Below, one piece after another: positions 38,381 to 48,400 of a stretch of 64,000 bases of DNA (the first letter of the stretch is position 1; every line of letters begins with the position of its first letter). Under the pieces are notes generated by a model that saw nothing but the letters and a program-made list of their open reading frames with translations, was not told where the DNA came from and did not search any database. The position numbers and the translations under genes are program-made. The stretch is from an uncultured Thermoleophilia bacterium (lineage in GTDB: Bacteria > Actinomycetota > Thermoleophilia > UBA2241): positions 11,993 to 75,992 of the forward strand of contig CAVPQD010000028.1 in NCBI GenBank assembly GCA_963707335.1, written 5' to 3'.

Positions 38381-38957
38381 ATGAAGATCGAGCGAAAGCC
38401 GTCGACCGCGCTGCTGCCCGCACCCGTCGTGCTGGTCACCGTCGCCGACGATGAGGGCAAGGCGAACATGCTCACCATCGCGTGGGCCGGTACCGCGTGC
38501 TCAAGCCCGCCGATGCTGAGCGTGGCCATCCGGCCGACGCGATATTCGCACCGCTTGGCGACGAGGGCGCGCGAGTTCGTCGTGAACATCCCGCGCGCCT
38601 CGCAGCTCGAGCAGGTCGACCTGGCCGGCGTGTGGTCGGGGGCCGAGCACGACAAGTTCAGGGAGCTCGGCTTCACGCCTGCGCCGGCCAGCAAGGTCGC
38701 GCCGCCGCTCATCCAGGAGTGCCCCGTCAATCTGGAGTGCCAGGTGCACCACCAGCTGTCGCTCGGCGCGCACGACCTGTTCATCGCCGAGATCGTCGCC
38801 GTGCACTACGACGAGGAGCTCCTGGACTCGCGAGGCCGCGTGAAGACCAGCAAGCTCGAGCCGCTCGCCTACGTGGAGGGGGAGTACTGGTCGCTGGGGC
38901 GAGCGCCTCGGCACCTACGGGCAGGCGCAGAAGGCGCGCCGGAAAGCAGTAGACTAG
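38381..38957 (+). pseudogene. Flavin reductase-like (FMN-binding split-barrel) protein; a late frameshift fuses it to metG in this sequence
   Basis: LLPAPVVLVTVADDEGKANMLTIAWAGTACSSPPMLSVAIRP is typical of the family. After about 38896-38901 the natural-looking end ERLGTYGQAQKARRKAVD* (TAG 38955-38957) is in the +1 frame. Confidence 0.75.
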
Positions 38958-38962
38958 GCGTC

Positions 38963-40495
38963 GTGCGCTACTACATCACCACCCCCATCTACTACGTGAA
39001 CGGCGAGCCGCACCTCGGCCACGCCTACACGACGATCGCCGCCGACGCGCTCGCCCGGTACCACCGCCAGAAGGGCGACGAGGTCTTCTTCCTCACGGGC
39101 ACGGACGAGCACGGCAACAAGGTGGCCCAGGCGGCGGCCGAGCGCGGCCTCTCGCCGCGTGAGCACGTGGACGAGCTCGCCCCCCGCTTCCGCGAGCTGG
39201 CGGCGCAGGTGAACGCCACGAACGACTTCTTCATCCGCACCACGGACCCGGAGCACGAAGCCTTCGTGCAGGACTTCGTGGAGAGGATGCGGGCCGCCGG
39301 CGACATCGAGAAGCGCACCTACGGCGGCCTCTACTGCACCGCCTGCGAAGGCTTCTACTACGAGCGCGACCTCGCCCGCGACGGCACGTGTCCGATCCAT
39401 CACACCGAGCCCGTCTGGCTGGAGGAGGAGAACTACTACTTCCTGCTGAGCCGCTATCAGGACCGGCTCAGCGAGTTCTTCCGCGCCAATCCCGGCTTCG
39501 TGAAGCCGAGGTCGCGCTACAACGAGGCGCTGTCCTTCATCGAGCAGGGCCTGGAGGACATCTCCATCAGCCGCTCCAGCATCACCTGGGGCGTGCCCGT
39601 CCCCTGGGACGAGGACCAGATCATCTACGTCTGGGTCGACGCCCTCATCAACTACCTGTCGGCGCTCACCTACGCCCGTCCCGGCGAGGACCTCACGACC
39701 ACGTTCTGGCCGGCGCAGCTGCACGTGATGGCCAAGGACATCCTCAAGTTCCACGCCGTCATCTGGCCGGCCCTGCTGATGAGCGCCGGCTACGAGGTGC
39801 CCGGCGGGGAGCTCATCCACGGCTACCTGCTCATGGGCGGCGAGAAGATGAGCAAGACGCGCGGCAACGTGCTGGACCCGTTCGCCGTCATGGACCAGTA
39901 CGGCATCGACGCGCTGCGCTACTACCTGATGCGCGAGGTCACGTTCGGGCTGGACGGCGTCATCAGCCTGGAGGGCTTCGAGGGCCGCTACAACAACGAG
40001 CTCGCCAACGAGCTGGGCAACCTGGTGAGCCGCACGGTGAGCATGATCGGCAAGTATCGCGAGGGGCGCATCCCGGCGGCCGGCGCCGAGGCGCCGGCGC
40101 TGGCCGGGGTCGCGGCCGAGGGCGAGGCGATGGTGCGCGCCGCAGGCGCGCACTACGACGCCATCGAGATCACGGCCGCCCTCGAGAGCATCTGGGAGTA
40201 CGTGCGGCGCCTCAACCGGCTCGTCGAGGAGGAGGCGCCGTGGAAGCTGGCCAAGGACGAGGCGCAGGCCGGCCGTCTGGACGCGGTGCTCAACGGACTG
40301 GCGGCCGGCCTGCGCCTCGTGGCGCTGGCGCTCCATCCCGTCATCCCCGGCACGGCCGCGGAGATCCTGCGGCGCCTCGGACAGCCGAACGGCGCCGACG
40401 ACCTGCTGCTGGAGCGCGCCCGCTGGGACGAGCTGGCCCCGGCCGAGGTCGTCAAGGCGCCGCCGCTCTTCCCGCGCATCGAGGCCGGCGCATAG
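38963..40495 (+). CDS. metG: Methionine--tRNA ligase (short form, no C-terminal tRNA-binding domain)
   Basis: (V)RYYITTPIYYVNGEPHLGHAYTT is the HIGH region and GEKMSKTRGN is the KMSKS motif. GTG 38963 lies just after the flavin-reductase TAG. Confidence 0.92.
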   Translation: MRYYITTPIYYVNGEPHLGHAYTTIAADALARYHRQKGDEVFFLTGTDEHGNKVAQAAAERGLSPREHVDELAPRFRELAAQVNATNDFFIRTTDPEHEAFVQDFVERMRAAGDIEKRTYGGLYCTACEGFYYERDLARDGTCPIHHTEPVWLEEENYYFLLSRYQDRLSEFFRANPGFVKPRSRYNEALSFIEQGLEDISISRSSITWGVPVPWDEDQIIYVWVDALINYLSALTYARPGEDLTTTFWPAQLHVMAKDILKFHAVIWPALLMSAGYEVPGGELIHGYLLMGGEKMSKTRGNVLDPFAVMDQYGIDALRYYLMREVTFGLDGVISLEGFEGRYNNELANELGNLVSRTVSMIGKYREGRIPAAGAEAPALAGVAAEGEAMVRAAGAHYDAIEITAALESIWEYVRRLNRLVEEEAPWKLAKDEAQAGRLDAVLNGLAAGLRLVALALHPVIPGTAAEILRRLGQPNGADDLLLERARWDELAPAEVVKAPPLFPRIEAGA

Positions 40496-40553
40496 GCGCT
40501 CCCGTGCCCGCCGGCCGTCGCCCGCGACCCACGATCGTCGACCCCACGATGCC

Positions 40554-41318
40554 ATGAGCCTCATCGACTCCCACTGTCACCTGGAGATGCTGGACGATGC
40601 CGGTGCGGCCGTGGAGCGGGCCCGCGAGGCCGGCGTGGAGCAGGTCGTCTCGATCGGCATCGACCTGCCGAGCTCGCGGCAGGCCATCGCCTTCGCCGGC
40701 CGCCTGCCCGGCGTGTACGCCACCGTCGGGCTGCACCCGCACGAGGCCGACACGCTGGACGACGAGCTGCTGGGCGAGCTCGAACGCCTGGCCGCCGACC
40801 CGCGCGTCGTAGCCGTGGGTGAGTGCGGCCTCGACTTCTACCGCGACCTGGCGCCGCGCGACGCGCAGCGCCGCGCCTTCAGCGCCCAGATCGGGCTGGC
40901 GCGGCGCGCGGGACTGCCGCTGGTCGTGCACGTGCGGGAGGCCGGGGACGAGGCCATGGCGCAGCTCGCCGCCGAGGCGGACGGCCTCACCGTGGTCATG
41001 CACTGCTTCTCGCTGCCGCAGTACGTGGACGAGTGCAACGCGCGCGGCTACTACGCGAGCTTCGCCGGCAATCTCACGTTCAAGAACGCCGGAGACCTGC
41101 GCGCCGCCGCCGCGCGCGTCCGCGAAGACCGCTTGATGGTGGAGACGGACGCGCCGTTCCTGAGCCCGGTGCCCAACCGCGGCAAGACCAACACGCCGGC
41201 CTGGGTCGCGCTCACGGCCGCCGCGCTCGGCGGGGTGCGCGGCTGGGACGAGCGCCACACCGCGGCCCTGACCACGGCCAACGCGCGCCGTGCCTTCGGC
41301 CTGCCGGAGGGCGGGTAG
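40554..41318 (+). CDS. tatD: TatD-family metal-dependent hydrolase/DNase
   Basis: MSLIDSHCHLE..., GECGLDFYR and ETDAPFLSP motifs. Position after metG matches the actinobacterial arrangement. Confidence 0.9.
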   Translation: MSLIDSHCHLEMLDDAGAAVERAREAGVEQVVSIGIDLPSSRQAIAFAGRLPGVYATVGLHPHEADTLDDELLGELERLAADPRVVAVGECGLDFYRDLAPRDAQRRAFSAQIGLARRAGLPLVVHVREAGDEAMAQLAAEADGLTVVMHCFSLPQYVDECNARGYYASFAGNLTFKNAGDLRAAAARVREDRLMVETDAPFLSPVPNRGKTNTPAWVALTAAALGGVRGWDERHTAALTTANARRAFGLPEGG

Positions 41319-41319
41319 C

Positions 41320-42238
41320 GTGGCCGCCGGCAGGACATCCAGGCCGGGCGGTGCGGCCGCGGGCGACCGTGGTCGTCCCCCGCGGCCGACGGCCCTGAGG
41401 CGCTACGGCCAGAACCACCTCGTCGACCGCAACATCCTGCGCGCCATCGTCGAGCAGGCGGCCGTGGGCCCCGACGACGTGGTCCTCGAGGTCGGGGCGG
41501 CCGGTGGGCAGCTCACGCGCCCGCTGCTGGAGCGCGCTCGCGTGGTCCACGCCTTCGAGATCGACGGACGTTGGCTGCCGAGCCTCGAGGAGCTGGCGGC
41601 CGGCCACCCCGGCCTGCGGGTGCACGCCGGCGATGCCCTCAGGACGGACCTCGTGGCGCTCGACCCGCCGCCGACGGCCCTGGTCGCCAATCTCGCCTAC
41701 AACATCGCCATCCCGCTGGTCATGACGACTATCGCGGAGCTGCCCACGGTCTCGCGCTGGGGCGTGATGGTCCAGAGGGAGCTCGCCGACCGGCTCTTCG
41801 CGTCGCCGCAGACGAAGGCCTACGCGGCCGTCTCGGTGCTGACGCAGCTGGCCTGCCGGCGTGAGTCGACGCGGGCCGTGCCGCCGAGCGCCTTCCGGCC
41901 GCGGCCCCGGGTGGACTCGAGCTTCGTCACCTTCGTGCGCAGGACCGCGAAGGATGCCGCGGACGGACCACCGCTCCTGCCGCCGCTCGCCTACGCCGCC
42001 ATGGACCGGCTCGTGCGGCTCGCGTTCGGCCAGCGCCGAAAGATGCTCGGCACCTCGCTGGCCGGGGCCGGCCACGCCGGCCTCACGCTCACGCGCGAGA
42101 CCGTGCATGAGGCTCTCGGCCAGGCCGGTCATCCTGCCACGGCGCGGCCCGGAGGAGCTCACGCCGGCGCACTGGGTCGTCTTCGCCCGCGCCCTGGGCT
42201 GGCTCACGGTCGACATGATCACCGGGGAGACGGCATGA
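41320..42238 (+). pseudogene. rsmA: 16S rRNA (adenine1518/1519-N6)-dimethyltransferase, frame interrupted once near the C-terminus
   Basis: YGQNHLVDRNIL, VLEVGAAGGQLT and ANLAYNIAIP motifs. After about 42146-42153 the native end EELTPAHWVVFARALGWLTVDMITGETA* (TGA 42236-42238) is in another frame. As given, the gene reads through into ispE. Confidence 0.85.
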
Positions 42239-43164
42239 GCATCGACCACAACGGATCGCACGCGATGACGGAGGTCGCGGCCCCGGCCAAGCTCAACCTG
42301 GCGCTGTTGGTCGGTCCGCTGCGGCCCGACGGCTTCCACGAGATCGCGTCGCTGATGGTGCCGGTGACGCTGGCCGACCGCGTGCGGGTCGAGCGCACGC
42401 CGGGGGCCGGGCTGGACGTCGTCTGTGACGTGGCGCCCGGCGAGCAGAACCTCGCGGCCAAGCTCGTGCGCGGGCTTGAGGAGCGACTCGGCCGCACCTT
42501 CGACGTGCGCGTGACGATCACCAAAGCGATCCCCCAGGGCGCGGGGCTGGGCGGCGGCAGCTCCGATGCCGCCGCCACTCTCGTCGCGCTGGAGCGCCTC
42601 TACGACCTGGACCTGTCGCCCAAGCTCCGCTACGACCTGGCCATGGACGTGGGCTCGGACGTGCCGTTCTTCCTCTACACGGCGCCGCAGCTGGCCATGG
42701 GACGCGGGCAGGTGCTCAAGGACGTCACGCTGCCCGCGCTGCACCTCGTCGTCGCCGTGCCGGACGTGGCGCTCAGCACCCGCACCGTCTACGGCTGGCG
42801 CGATCAGGATGCCTCCGTGGAACTGAAGGAGTGGGCGCCGGTGGCCCGCGGCCTGTCCGGCCGTATCCAGACGGCGAAGACGGTCGCCGAGATCGCGGCG
42901 CTGGTGCACAACGACCTGGAGGTGAGCGTCGTCTCGCGACGGCCGGAGGTGGGCGCGCTCATCGAGCGTCTTCGCGGGCTCGGGGCCCTGGCCGCCGCCA
43001 TGACCGGCAGCGGCTCCGCCGTGTTCGGCCTGTTCGCCGCCGCGGCCGCGGCCGGCAGGGCGCGGGCCAGGCTGGCGCCCGCCCGCGCCTGGTACGTCAC
43101 CGACCTGCAGCCGGCTCCGCCCCCGGCGCCGCCCTCGGCGCGCCGCCGGCCCAAGGCGGAGTGA
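42235..43164 (+). CDS. ispE: 4-diphosphocytidyl-2-C-methyl-D-erythritol kinase
   Basis: APAKLNLALLVGPLRPDGFHEI and the GHMP motif IPQGAGLGGGSSDAAA. ATG 42235 overlaps the rsmA stop (ATGA). Confidence 0.9.
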   Translation: MSIDHNGSHAMTEVAAPAKLNLALLVGPLRPDGFHEIASLMVPVTLADRVRVERTPGAGLDVVCDVAPGEQNLAAKLVRGLEERLGRTFDVRVTITKAIPQGAGLGGGSSDAAATLVALERLYDLDLSPKLRYDLAMDVGSDVPFFLYTAPQLAMGRGQVLKDVTLPALHLVVAVPDVALSTRTVYGWRDQDASVELKEWAPVARGLSGRIQTAKTVAEIAALVHNDLEVSVVSRRPEVGALIERLRGLGALAAAMTGSGSAVFGLFAAAAAAGRARARLAPARAWYVTDLQPAPPPAPPSARRRPKAE

Positions 43165-43218
43165 TACAATATCCTGCCGCTTCGGCGGGCGGCTCGCCGC
43201 CTCCTCTCCACACCGCGC

Positions 43219-43292
43219 TGGGGCGTGGCCAAGCGGTAAGGCAACGGGTTTTGGTCCCGTGACCGGAGGTTCGAGTCCTCCCGCCCCAGCCA
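43219..43292 (+). tRNA. tRNA-Gln (anticodon UUG), CCA encoded
   Basis: The manual fold gives acceptor TGGGGCG/CGCCCCA, anticodon stem ACGGG/CCCGT with loop TTTTGGT, T arm GGAGGTTCGAGTCCTCC, discriminator G and CCA. It closely resembles canonical bacterial tRNA-Gln. Confidence 0.9.
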
Positions 43293-43321
43293 GCAGCTGA
43301 CCCGGTCATCCACTCCGCAAG

Positions 43322-44749
43322 GTGAGCCTCATGAGCCAGACAGAGTCCTCGCGTCCGCCGCTCGCCGTCGTCATCCTCGCCGCCGGCCTGGGCACGCGCA
43401 TGAAGTCCGACGTCCCCAAGGTGCTGCACGAGGTCTGCGGGCGGCCGATGCTGTCGTACGTCATCGACGCGGCGCTCAGCGTGTCGCCGGAGCGCGTCGT
43501 CGTGGTCACCGGGCCGGAGCAGGACGAGGTGGGCGACGTCCTGCCGGTCGGCTGCGAACGCGCCGTGCAGCAGGAGCGGCGCGGCACGGGCGACGCCGTC
43601 CGCGCCGGCCTGGAGCCGCTCGACGACTTCCACGGCGATGTGGTCGTGCTGGTCGGGGACGCGCCGCTCGTGGACGGGCCCTTCCTGCGGGCTCTGGTCG
43701 AGGCGCATCGGACGAGCGGCTCGCGAGCCACGGTCGCCGCCGCGGTCCTTTCCGATCCCGGCCACTACGGGCGCGTCGTGCGCGACGCCGACGGCGGGGT
43801 CCGGCGCATCGTCGAGGCTCGCGACGCCTCCGCCGACGAGCTGCTCATCACGGAGGTCAACACCGGCTTCTACGTGGTCGACGCCGCCCTGCTGCGCACG
43901 GTGGTGCCGCGCCTGCAGCCGACGAACGCCCAGGGTGAGCTCTATCTCACGGACGCCGTGCACCTCGCCCTGGCGGACGGCGTGCCGGTGCAGGCCCACG
44001 TCGCCGCGGATCCCGAGGTGATGCTGGCCGTCAACTCGCGCGTCGAGCTCGCCGAGGTGAACGCCGTCATGCGCCGGCGCCTGGTGGAGCGCCTCATGCT
44101 GGCCGGCGTCACGGTGGAGGACCCGGACACGACGTTCGTGGACTGGGGCGTGGACGTCGGCCGCGACACGCTCATCCGCGCCAACAGCCATCTGCTGGGG
44201 CGCACCACCGTGGGCGCGGCGAGCGAGATCGGTCCCGGCAGCTTCCTGCGGGACGCCTTCGTCGGCGACCGCGCCCGCGTCGTGAGCTCGCATCTCTACG
44301 AGTGCGTCATCAGCTCCGGCTGCAGTGTGGGTCCCTTCGCCTACATCCGGCCCAACACGGTGCTCGCCGAGGGCGCCAAGGCCGGCACCTTCGTCGAGAT
44401 CAAGAACAGCCGCATCGGCGAGGACAGCAAGGTGCCGCACCTCAGCTACGTGGGCGACGCCATCGTCGGCAAGGGCACCAACATCGCCGCCGGCAACATC
44501 ACGGCCAACTACGACGGCTACGAGAAGCACGCGACCCACATCGGCGACGGCGTGCGCACGGGCAGCGACACGACCATCGTGGCGCCGGTCACCATCGGCG
44601 ACGGCGCCTTCACGGCGGCCGGCTCGGTGATCACCCAGGATGTGCCGCCGGGCGCCCTGGCGATCGCCCGCGGCAGGCAGCAGAACATCGACGGGTACGC
44701 CGAGCGCCGGGCCGCGCGCCGTCTCCGCGAGCAGGACGGCGGCACCTGA
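43322..44749 (+). CDS. glmU: Bifunctional UDP-N-acetylglucosamine pyrophosphorylase / GlcN-1-P acetyltransferase
   Basis: VILAAGLGTRMKSDVPKVLH plus C-terminal left-handed beta-helix hexapeptide repeats. Confidence 0.93.
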   Translation: MSLMSQTESSRPPLAVVILAAGLGTRMKSDVPKVLHEVCGRPMLSYVIDAALSVSPERVVVVTGPEQDEVGDVLPVGCERAVQQERRGTGDAVRAGLEPLDDFHGDVVVLVGDAPLVDGPFLRALVEAHRTSGSRATVAAAVLSDPGHYGRVVRDADGGVRRIVEARDASADELLITEVNTGFYVVDAALLRTVVPRLQPTNAQGELYLTDAVHLALADGVPVQAHVAADPEVMLAVNSRVELAEVNAVMRRRLVERLMLAGVTVEDPDTTFVDWGVDVGRDTLIRANSHLLGRTTVGAASEIGPGSFLRDAFVGDRARVVSSHLYECVISSGCSVGPFAYIRPNTVLAEGAKAGTFVEIKNSRIGEDSKVPHLSYVGDAIVGKGTNIAAGNITANYDGYEKHATHIGDGVRTGSDTTIVAPVTIGDGAFTAAGSVITQDVPPGALAIARGRQQNIDGYAERRAARRLREQDGGT

Positions 44750-44790
44750 TAGAATCCTCTTTCGGCCGGCAGCTCACGAAGGAAGGGCAC

Positions 44791-45786
44791 GTGTCAGATT
44801 CTTCCTGCTGCGTGATCGCCACGCAGAAGCGCCTCAAGCTGTTCTCCGGGCGCAGCAATCCCGCCCTGGCGGAGAAGATCGCCGAGAAGCTCGACCTCAG
44901 TCTGGGCGGCGTGCTGCTCAAGACCTTCGCCAACGGCGAGATCTACGCGCGCTACGAGGAGAACGTGCGCGGCACCGACCTGTTCATCGTGCAGTCGCCG
45001 GCGGACCACATCAACGACGAGGTCCTGGAGCTGCTCATCATGATCCAGGCGGCCAAGCTGGCCTCGGCGCGCCGCGTCACCGCCGTCATGCCCTACTTCC
45101 CCTACTCCCGCCAGGACAAGAAGAGCGCCGCGCGCGAGCCCATCACCGCGCGCCTCATGGCCACGCTGCTCGAGGCGGCCGGCGCCGATCGCGTGCTGTC
45201 CATGGACCTCCACCAGGGCCAGATCCAGGGCTTCTTCGAGATCCCCGTGGACCACATGACGGCCGTGCCCATGCTGGCCGACTACTTCCGCTACAAGGAT
45301 TTCGGCGGCTGCCCGCTGGTCGCCGTGTCCGCCGACGCCGGCGGCGTCAAGCTGGCCAAGCGGTTCATCAACCGTCTGCCCGGCGCGGGGCTCGCCGTGC
45401 TCACCAAGATGCGGCCCGAGCACAACCGCGCCGAGACGCTGCACTTCATCGGCGACGTGCAGGACAAGATCGCCATCGTCGTGGACGACATGATCGACAC
45501 GGGCGGCTCCATCACGAGCGCCGTGGAGACACTGTATGAGAACGGCGCCAGAGAGGTGTACGTGACGGCGACGCACGGCATCTTCAGCGGCCCCGCCTTC
45601 GAGCGCATCCACCAGTCGCCCGTCAAGGAAGTCGTGGTCACCGACACGGTGCCCGTCACGCTGGGACCCGGCGACACCAAGATCCGCGTGCTGTCGGTGG
45701 CCGACACGCTGGCCAGGACCATCAAGAACGTGTTCGAGGACGAGTCGGTGAGCGAGCTGTTCGCCGGCGACAATCAGCTCTTCTAG
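44791..45786 (+). CDS. prs: Ribose-phosphate pyrophosphokinase
   Basis: LKLFSGRSNPALAEKIAEKL, DLHQGQIQGFF and VVDDMIDTGGS motifs. GTG 44791 follows GAAGGAAGGG. The track ORF start at 44302 is upstream read-through. Confidence 0.93.
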   Translation: MSDSSCCVIATQKRLKLFSGRSNPALAEKIAEKLDLSLGGVLLKTFANGEIYARYEENVRGTDLFIVQSPADHINDEVLELLIMIQAAKLASARRVTAVMPYFPYSRQDKKSAAREPITARLMATLLEAAGADRVLSMDLHQGQIQGFFEIPVDHMTAVPMLADYFRYKDFGGCPLVAVSADAGGVKLAKRFINRLPGAGLAVLTKMRPEHNRAETLHFIGDVQDKIAIVVDDMIDTGGSITSAVETLYENGAREVYVTATHGIFSGPAFERIHQSPVKEVVVTDTVPVTLGPGDTKIRVLSVADTLARTIKNVFEDESVSELFAGDNQLF

Positions 45787-45799
45787 CAGGAGACGACCA

Positions 45800-46492
45800 A
45801 TGGACAAAGTCAGTATCGTCGTGAAGCATCGCGACGTCACCGGGACCCGCGCCGCCAAGCGTCTGCGCCGCGATGGCCTCATCCCCGGCGTGCTCTACGG
45901 CCACGGCAAGGACGCCGCGCTCATCACGGTCGAGCCGCACCAGCTGCGCGACGCGCTCAACACGGGGGCCGGCATGCACGCCGTGCTGGACGTCACGTTC
46001 GAGGGCCAGAAGCGCGCCCACAAGGCCATCGTCAAGGAGCTCGAGCTCGACCGGGTCAAGAACCACGTCATCCACGTGGACCTGCAGGAGATCCGCCTGG
46101 ACGAGACCATCGAGTCCATGGTCACGGTGCGCTTCGAGGGCGAGTCCAAGGGCGTCAAGATGGGCGGCCTGCTGGACGAGTCGGTCCGCGAGGTCACGGT
46201 GAAGGGTATGGTCACCGACATCCCCGAGCACCTCGTGGTGGACATCTCGGACCTGAGCCTCGGCGACACCGCCACGGTGGCCGATCTGCAGGTGCCGGAC
46301 GGCATCGAGGTACTGGACGCTCCGGACGAGGTGCTGTGCAGCGTCCTGTCGCCGCGCAAGGCCGAGGCCGCCCTCGAGGAGATCGAGGAGGCCGCGGAGG
46401 CGCGTCGCCGCCGCCGAGCCCGAGGTCGTGGGCAAGGTCGAGAAGGAGGAGGCCGCCGAGGAGTGACCCCGGTCACCCGGCGGGCCGCCTGA
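45800..46492 (+). CDS. rplY: 50S ribosomal protein L25/general stress protein Ctc (acidic tail out of frame as given)
   Basis: RAAKRLRRDGLIPGVLYGHGKD is typical of L25. After about 46395-46410 the typical tail AAAEPEVVGKVEKEEAAEE* (TGA 46464-46466) is in another frame. Confidence 0.88.
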   Translation: MDKVSIVVKHRDVTGTRAAKRLRRDGLIPGVLYGHGKDAALITVEPHQLRDALNTGAGMHAVLDVTFEGQKRAHKAIVKELELDRVKNHVIHVDLQEIRLDETIESMVTVRFEGESKGVKMGGLLDESVREVTVKGMVTDIPEHLVVDISDLSLGDTATVADLQVPDGIEVLDAPDEVLCSVLSPRKAEAALEEIEEAAEARRRRRARGRGQGREGGGRRGVTPVTRRAA

Positions 46493-46504
46493 CCCGGAGG
46501 CAGC

Positions 46505-47098
46505 GTGGCGCTCTTCCGCCCAAGCAGCAACGTGGACCATCTCGTCGTCGGCCTGGGGAATCCCGGGCCGACGTACGAGGGGACCCCGCACAACGTCGGC
46601 TACCTGGTCGTGGAGGAGCTGGCTCGCCGCCACGGATTCCCCAAGGCCAGGCGCGGGTTTGACGGCCGCTGCGCCGAAGGCACAGTCAGCGGCCGCTCCG
46701 TGCTGCTGCTGCAGCCCACCACGTTCATGAACGACAGCGGCCGCAGCGTCGCCGCCGCGCTGCGCGCCCTCAAGCTGCCGCTCGAGCGCGCACTGGTGGC
46801 GCACGATCACATCGACCTGCCCTTCGGCCGCCTGCGCCTGATGCAGGGCGGCGGCACCGGCGGTCACAACGGCCTCAGAAGCATCATCGGCCTGCTCGGC
46901 CCGGACTTCGTGCGCCTGCGCATCGGCGTCGACCGCCCGCCGAGCACGGACCCCGATATCGTCGCCGACTACGTGCTGAGCCCGTTCGCCGAGAGCAAGA
47001 CCCAGGTGCGGGAGCTGGTGGGCAGAGCGGCCGACGCCGTGGAGCTGTGGCTGGCGGACGGCCTGGAGGCCGCCGCCAACCAGGTCAACTCGGCGTGA
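46505..47098 (+). CDS. pth: Peptidyl-tRNA hydrolase
   Basis: LVVGLGNPGPTYEGTPHNVG and GGHNGLRS motifs, with a GTG start. Confidence 0.93.
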   Translation: MALFRPSSNVDHLVVGLGNPGPTYEGTPHNVGYLVVEELARRHGFPKARRGFDGRCAEGTVSGRSVLLLQPTTFMNDSGRSVAAALRALKLPLERALVAHDHIDLPFGRLRLMQGGGTGGHNGLRSIIGLLGPDFVRLRIGVDRPPSTDPDIVADYVLSPFAESKTQVRELVGRAADAVELWLADGLEAAANQVNSA

Positions 47099-47128
47099 AT
47101 GGCGCGGGCGGGCCGCGCCGCGCGCCGC

Positions 47129-48400
47129 CTAGAGCCCTGACTTGGCCAGCGCCACCGCGATGGCGTCCTGGGCGCGGTGGGCGGCCCAGACGTTGACGGG
47201 GCCGCCGTTCATGAGCAGCGAGACGACCAGGCGATGGCCCTTGGTGCTCGTGACGTACCCGGACAGGCAGCTCGAGATGTTCAGCGTGCCCGTCTTGCCG
47301 CGGAAGTTCGCGTAGGCGGCCGTGCCGCGCATGCGCTTGAGCAGGGTGCCGTCCACGCCGGCCACGGAGAGCGAGCTGTAGAACGTCGTGAAGTCGGCGC
47401 GCCTGGTCATGACGCGCAGCAGCTTGGCGACCATGCGCGCGTTGAAGCGGTCCGAGTAGCTGAGGCCGGAGCCGTCGTAGAGACGGTAGTCGGCGCGTGA
47501 CAGGCCGAGCGCGTCCAGCGTCGCGCGCGTCGCGCGCAGGCCCGCGGCCGTGGAGCCCTCGGCGCGGAAGTCGCGGCCCAGCCCCTTCATCATCATCTCC
47601 GCGAAGAAGTTGTCGCTGTCCTTGTCCATGTGCCGGAGCAGGTCCGAGAGCGGCGCCGACAGCAGCGTGACCGCGAGGTAGGAGCCGTCAGGTGTGAGGC
47701 CGGTCTGGGGGCTGCCGGTGACGTCGATGCCGGCGGTCTCCAGCTTCGCGGTGAGCACGCGCGCCGCGTAGCGCGCCGGGTCGGCGACGCGATCGTCGTC
47801 CTTGAGACCCTCGTTGACGGTGAGGCCGCTGAGGGGACCGCAGTCCTCCTTGACGCCGGGCGTCCAGCTGCCCACCGTCTGGCGCGCGTCGAACCAGGAG
47901 GCGTCGCCCACGACGTGGCCGGAGATCTTCGTGACGCCGAGCGCCTTGAGCTCGCCGACGAAGGAGTTGATGGTGGACGTCTCGATGCCCAGACGGGTGC
48001 GCTGGAAGGACGGCGTGGAGAGGCTGGGGTCGCCGTAGCCCTTGAGGTAGACGTTCCCCTTGACCACGCCGACCGGCGTCGCCGCCGGCTCGGACGACAG
48101 GTAGAGCTCGGTCTTGAAGCGGTGGTCGGCGCCCCAGCGGTACAGGGCCGTGGCGGCCGTGACGAGCTTCATGTTGGAGGCGGGGGCGAGCAGGGTGCGC
48201 GTGTTGCGGGCGTAGGCCGCGCTCGTGGCGTCGGCCCGCCAGACGCTCACCCCCGTGGAGCCGCCCGCCAGCCCGTAGCTGCGCAGGATGCCCGTGATGC
48301 GGGTGTTGAGCGTGGCGCTGGCCGGCGCGGCCGCGGCGGCCAGCGCCACCAGGGCGATGAGCGCCACGAGCAGGACGCGGCGCGGGGCGAACACGGTCAC
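47129..48400 (-). CDS. D-alanyl-D-alanine carboxypeptidase/endopeptidase, PBP4 (peptidase S13) family, paralogue 1
   Basis: Signal peptide, SNMK (SxxK), DKDSDNFFAE (SxN) and GKTGTL (KTG) motifs. GTG 48400 overlaps the upstream paralogue's stop (GTGA). Confidence 0.88.
   Translation of the reverse strand: MTVFAPRRVLLVALIALVALAAAAAPASATLNTRITGILRSYGLAGGSTGVSVWRADATSAAYARNTRTLLAPASNMKLVTAATALYRWGADHRFKTELYLSSEPAATPVGVVKGNVYLKGYGDPSLSTPSFQRTRLGIETSTINSFVGELKALGVTKISGHVVGDASWFDARQTVGSWTPGVKEDCGPLSGLTVNEGLKDDDRVADPARYAARVLTAKLETAGIDVTGSPQTGLTPDGSYLAVTLLSAPLSDLLRHMDKDSDNFFAEMMMKGLGRDFRAEGSTAAGLRATRATLDALGLSRADYRLYDGSGLSYSDRFNARMVAKLLRVMTRRADFTTFYSSLSVAGVDGTLLKRMRGTAAYANFRGKTGTLNISSCLSGYVTSTKGHRLVVSLLMNGGPVNVWAAHRAQDAIAVALAKSGL

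Noticed and set aside
38381-40495. A novel flavin reductase-MetRS fusion protein (704-aa ORF), and likewise a KsgA-IspE fusion (41290..43164).
   Set aside because: In each case the native C-terminus and stop codon of the upstream protein reappear after a one-base frame change, and the downstream gene has its own start at the junction.
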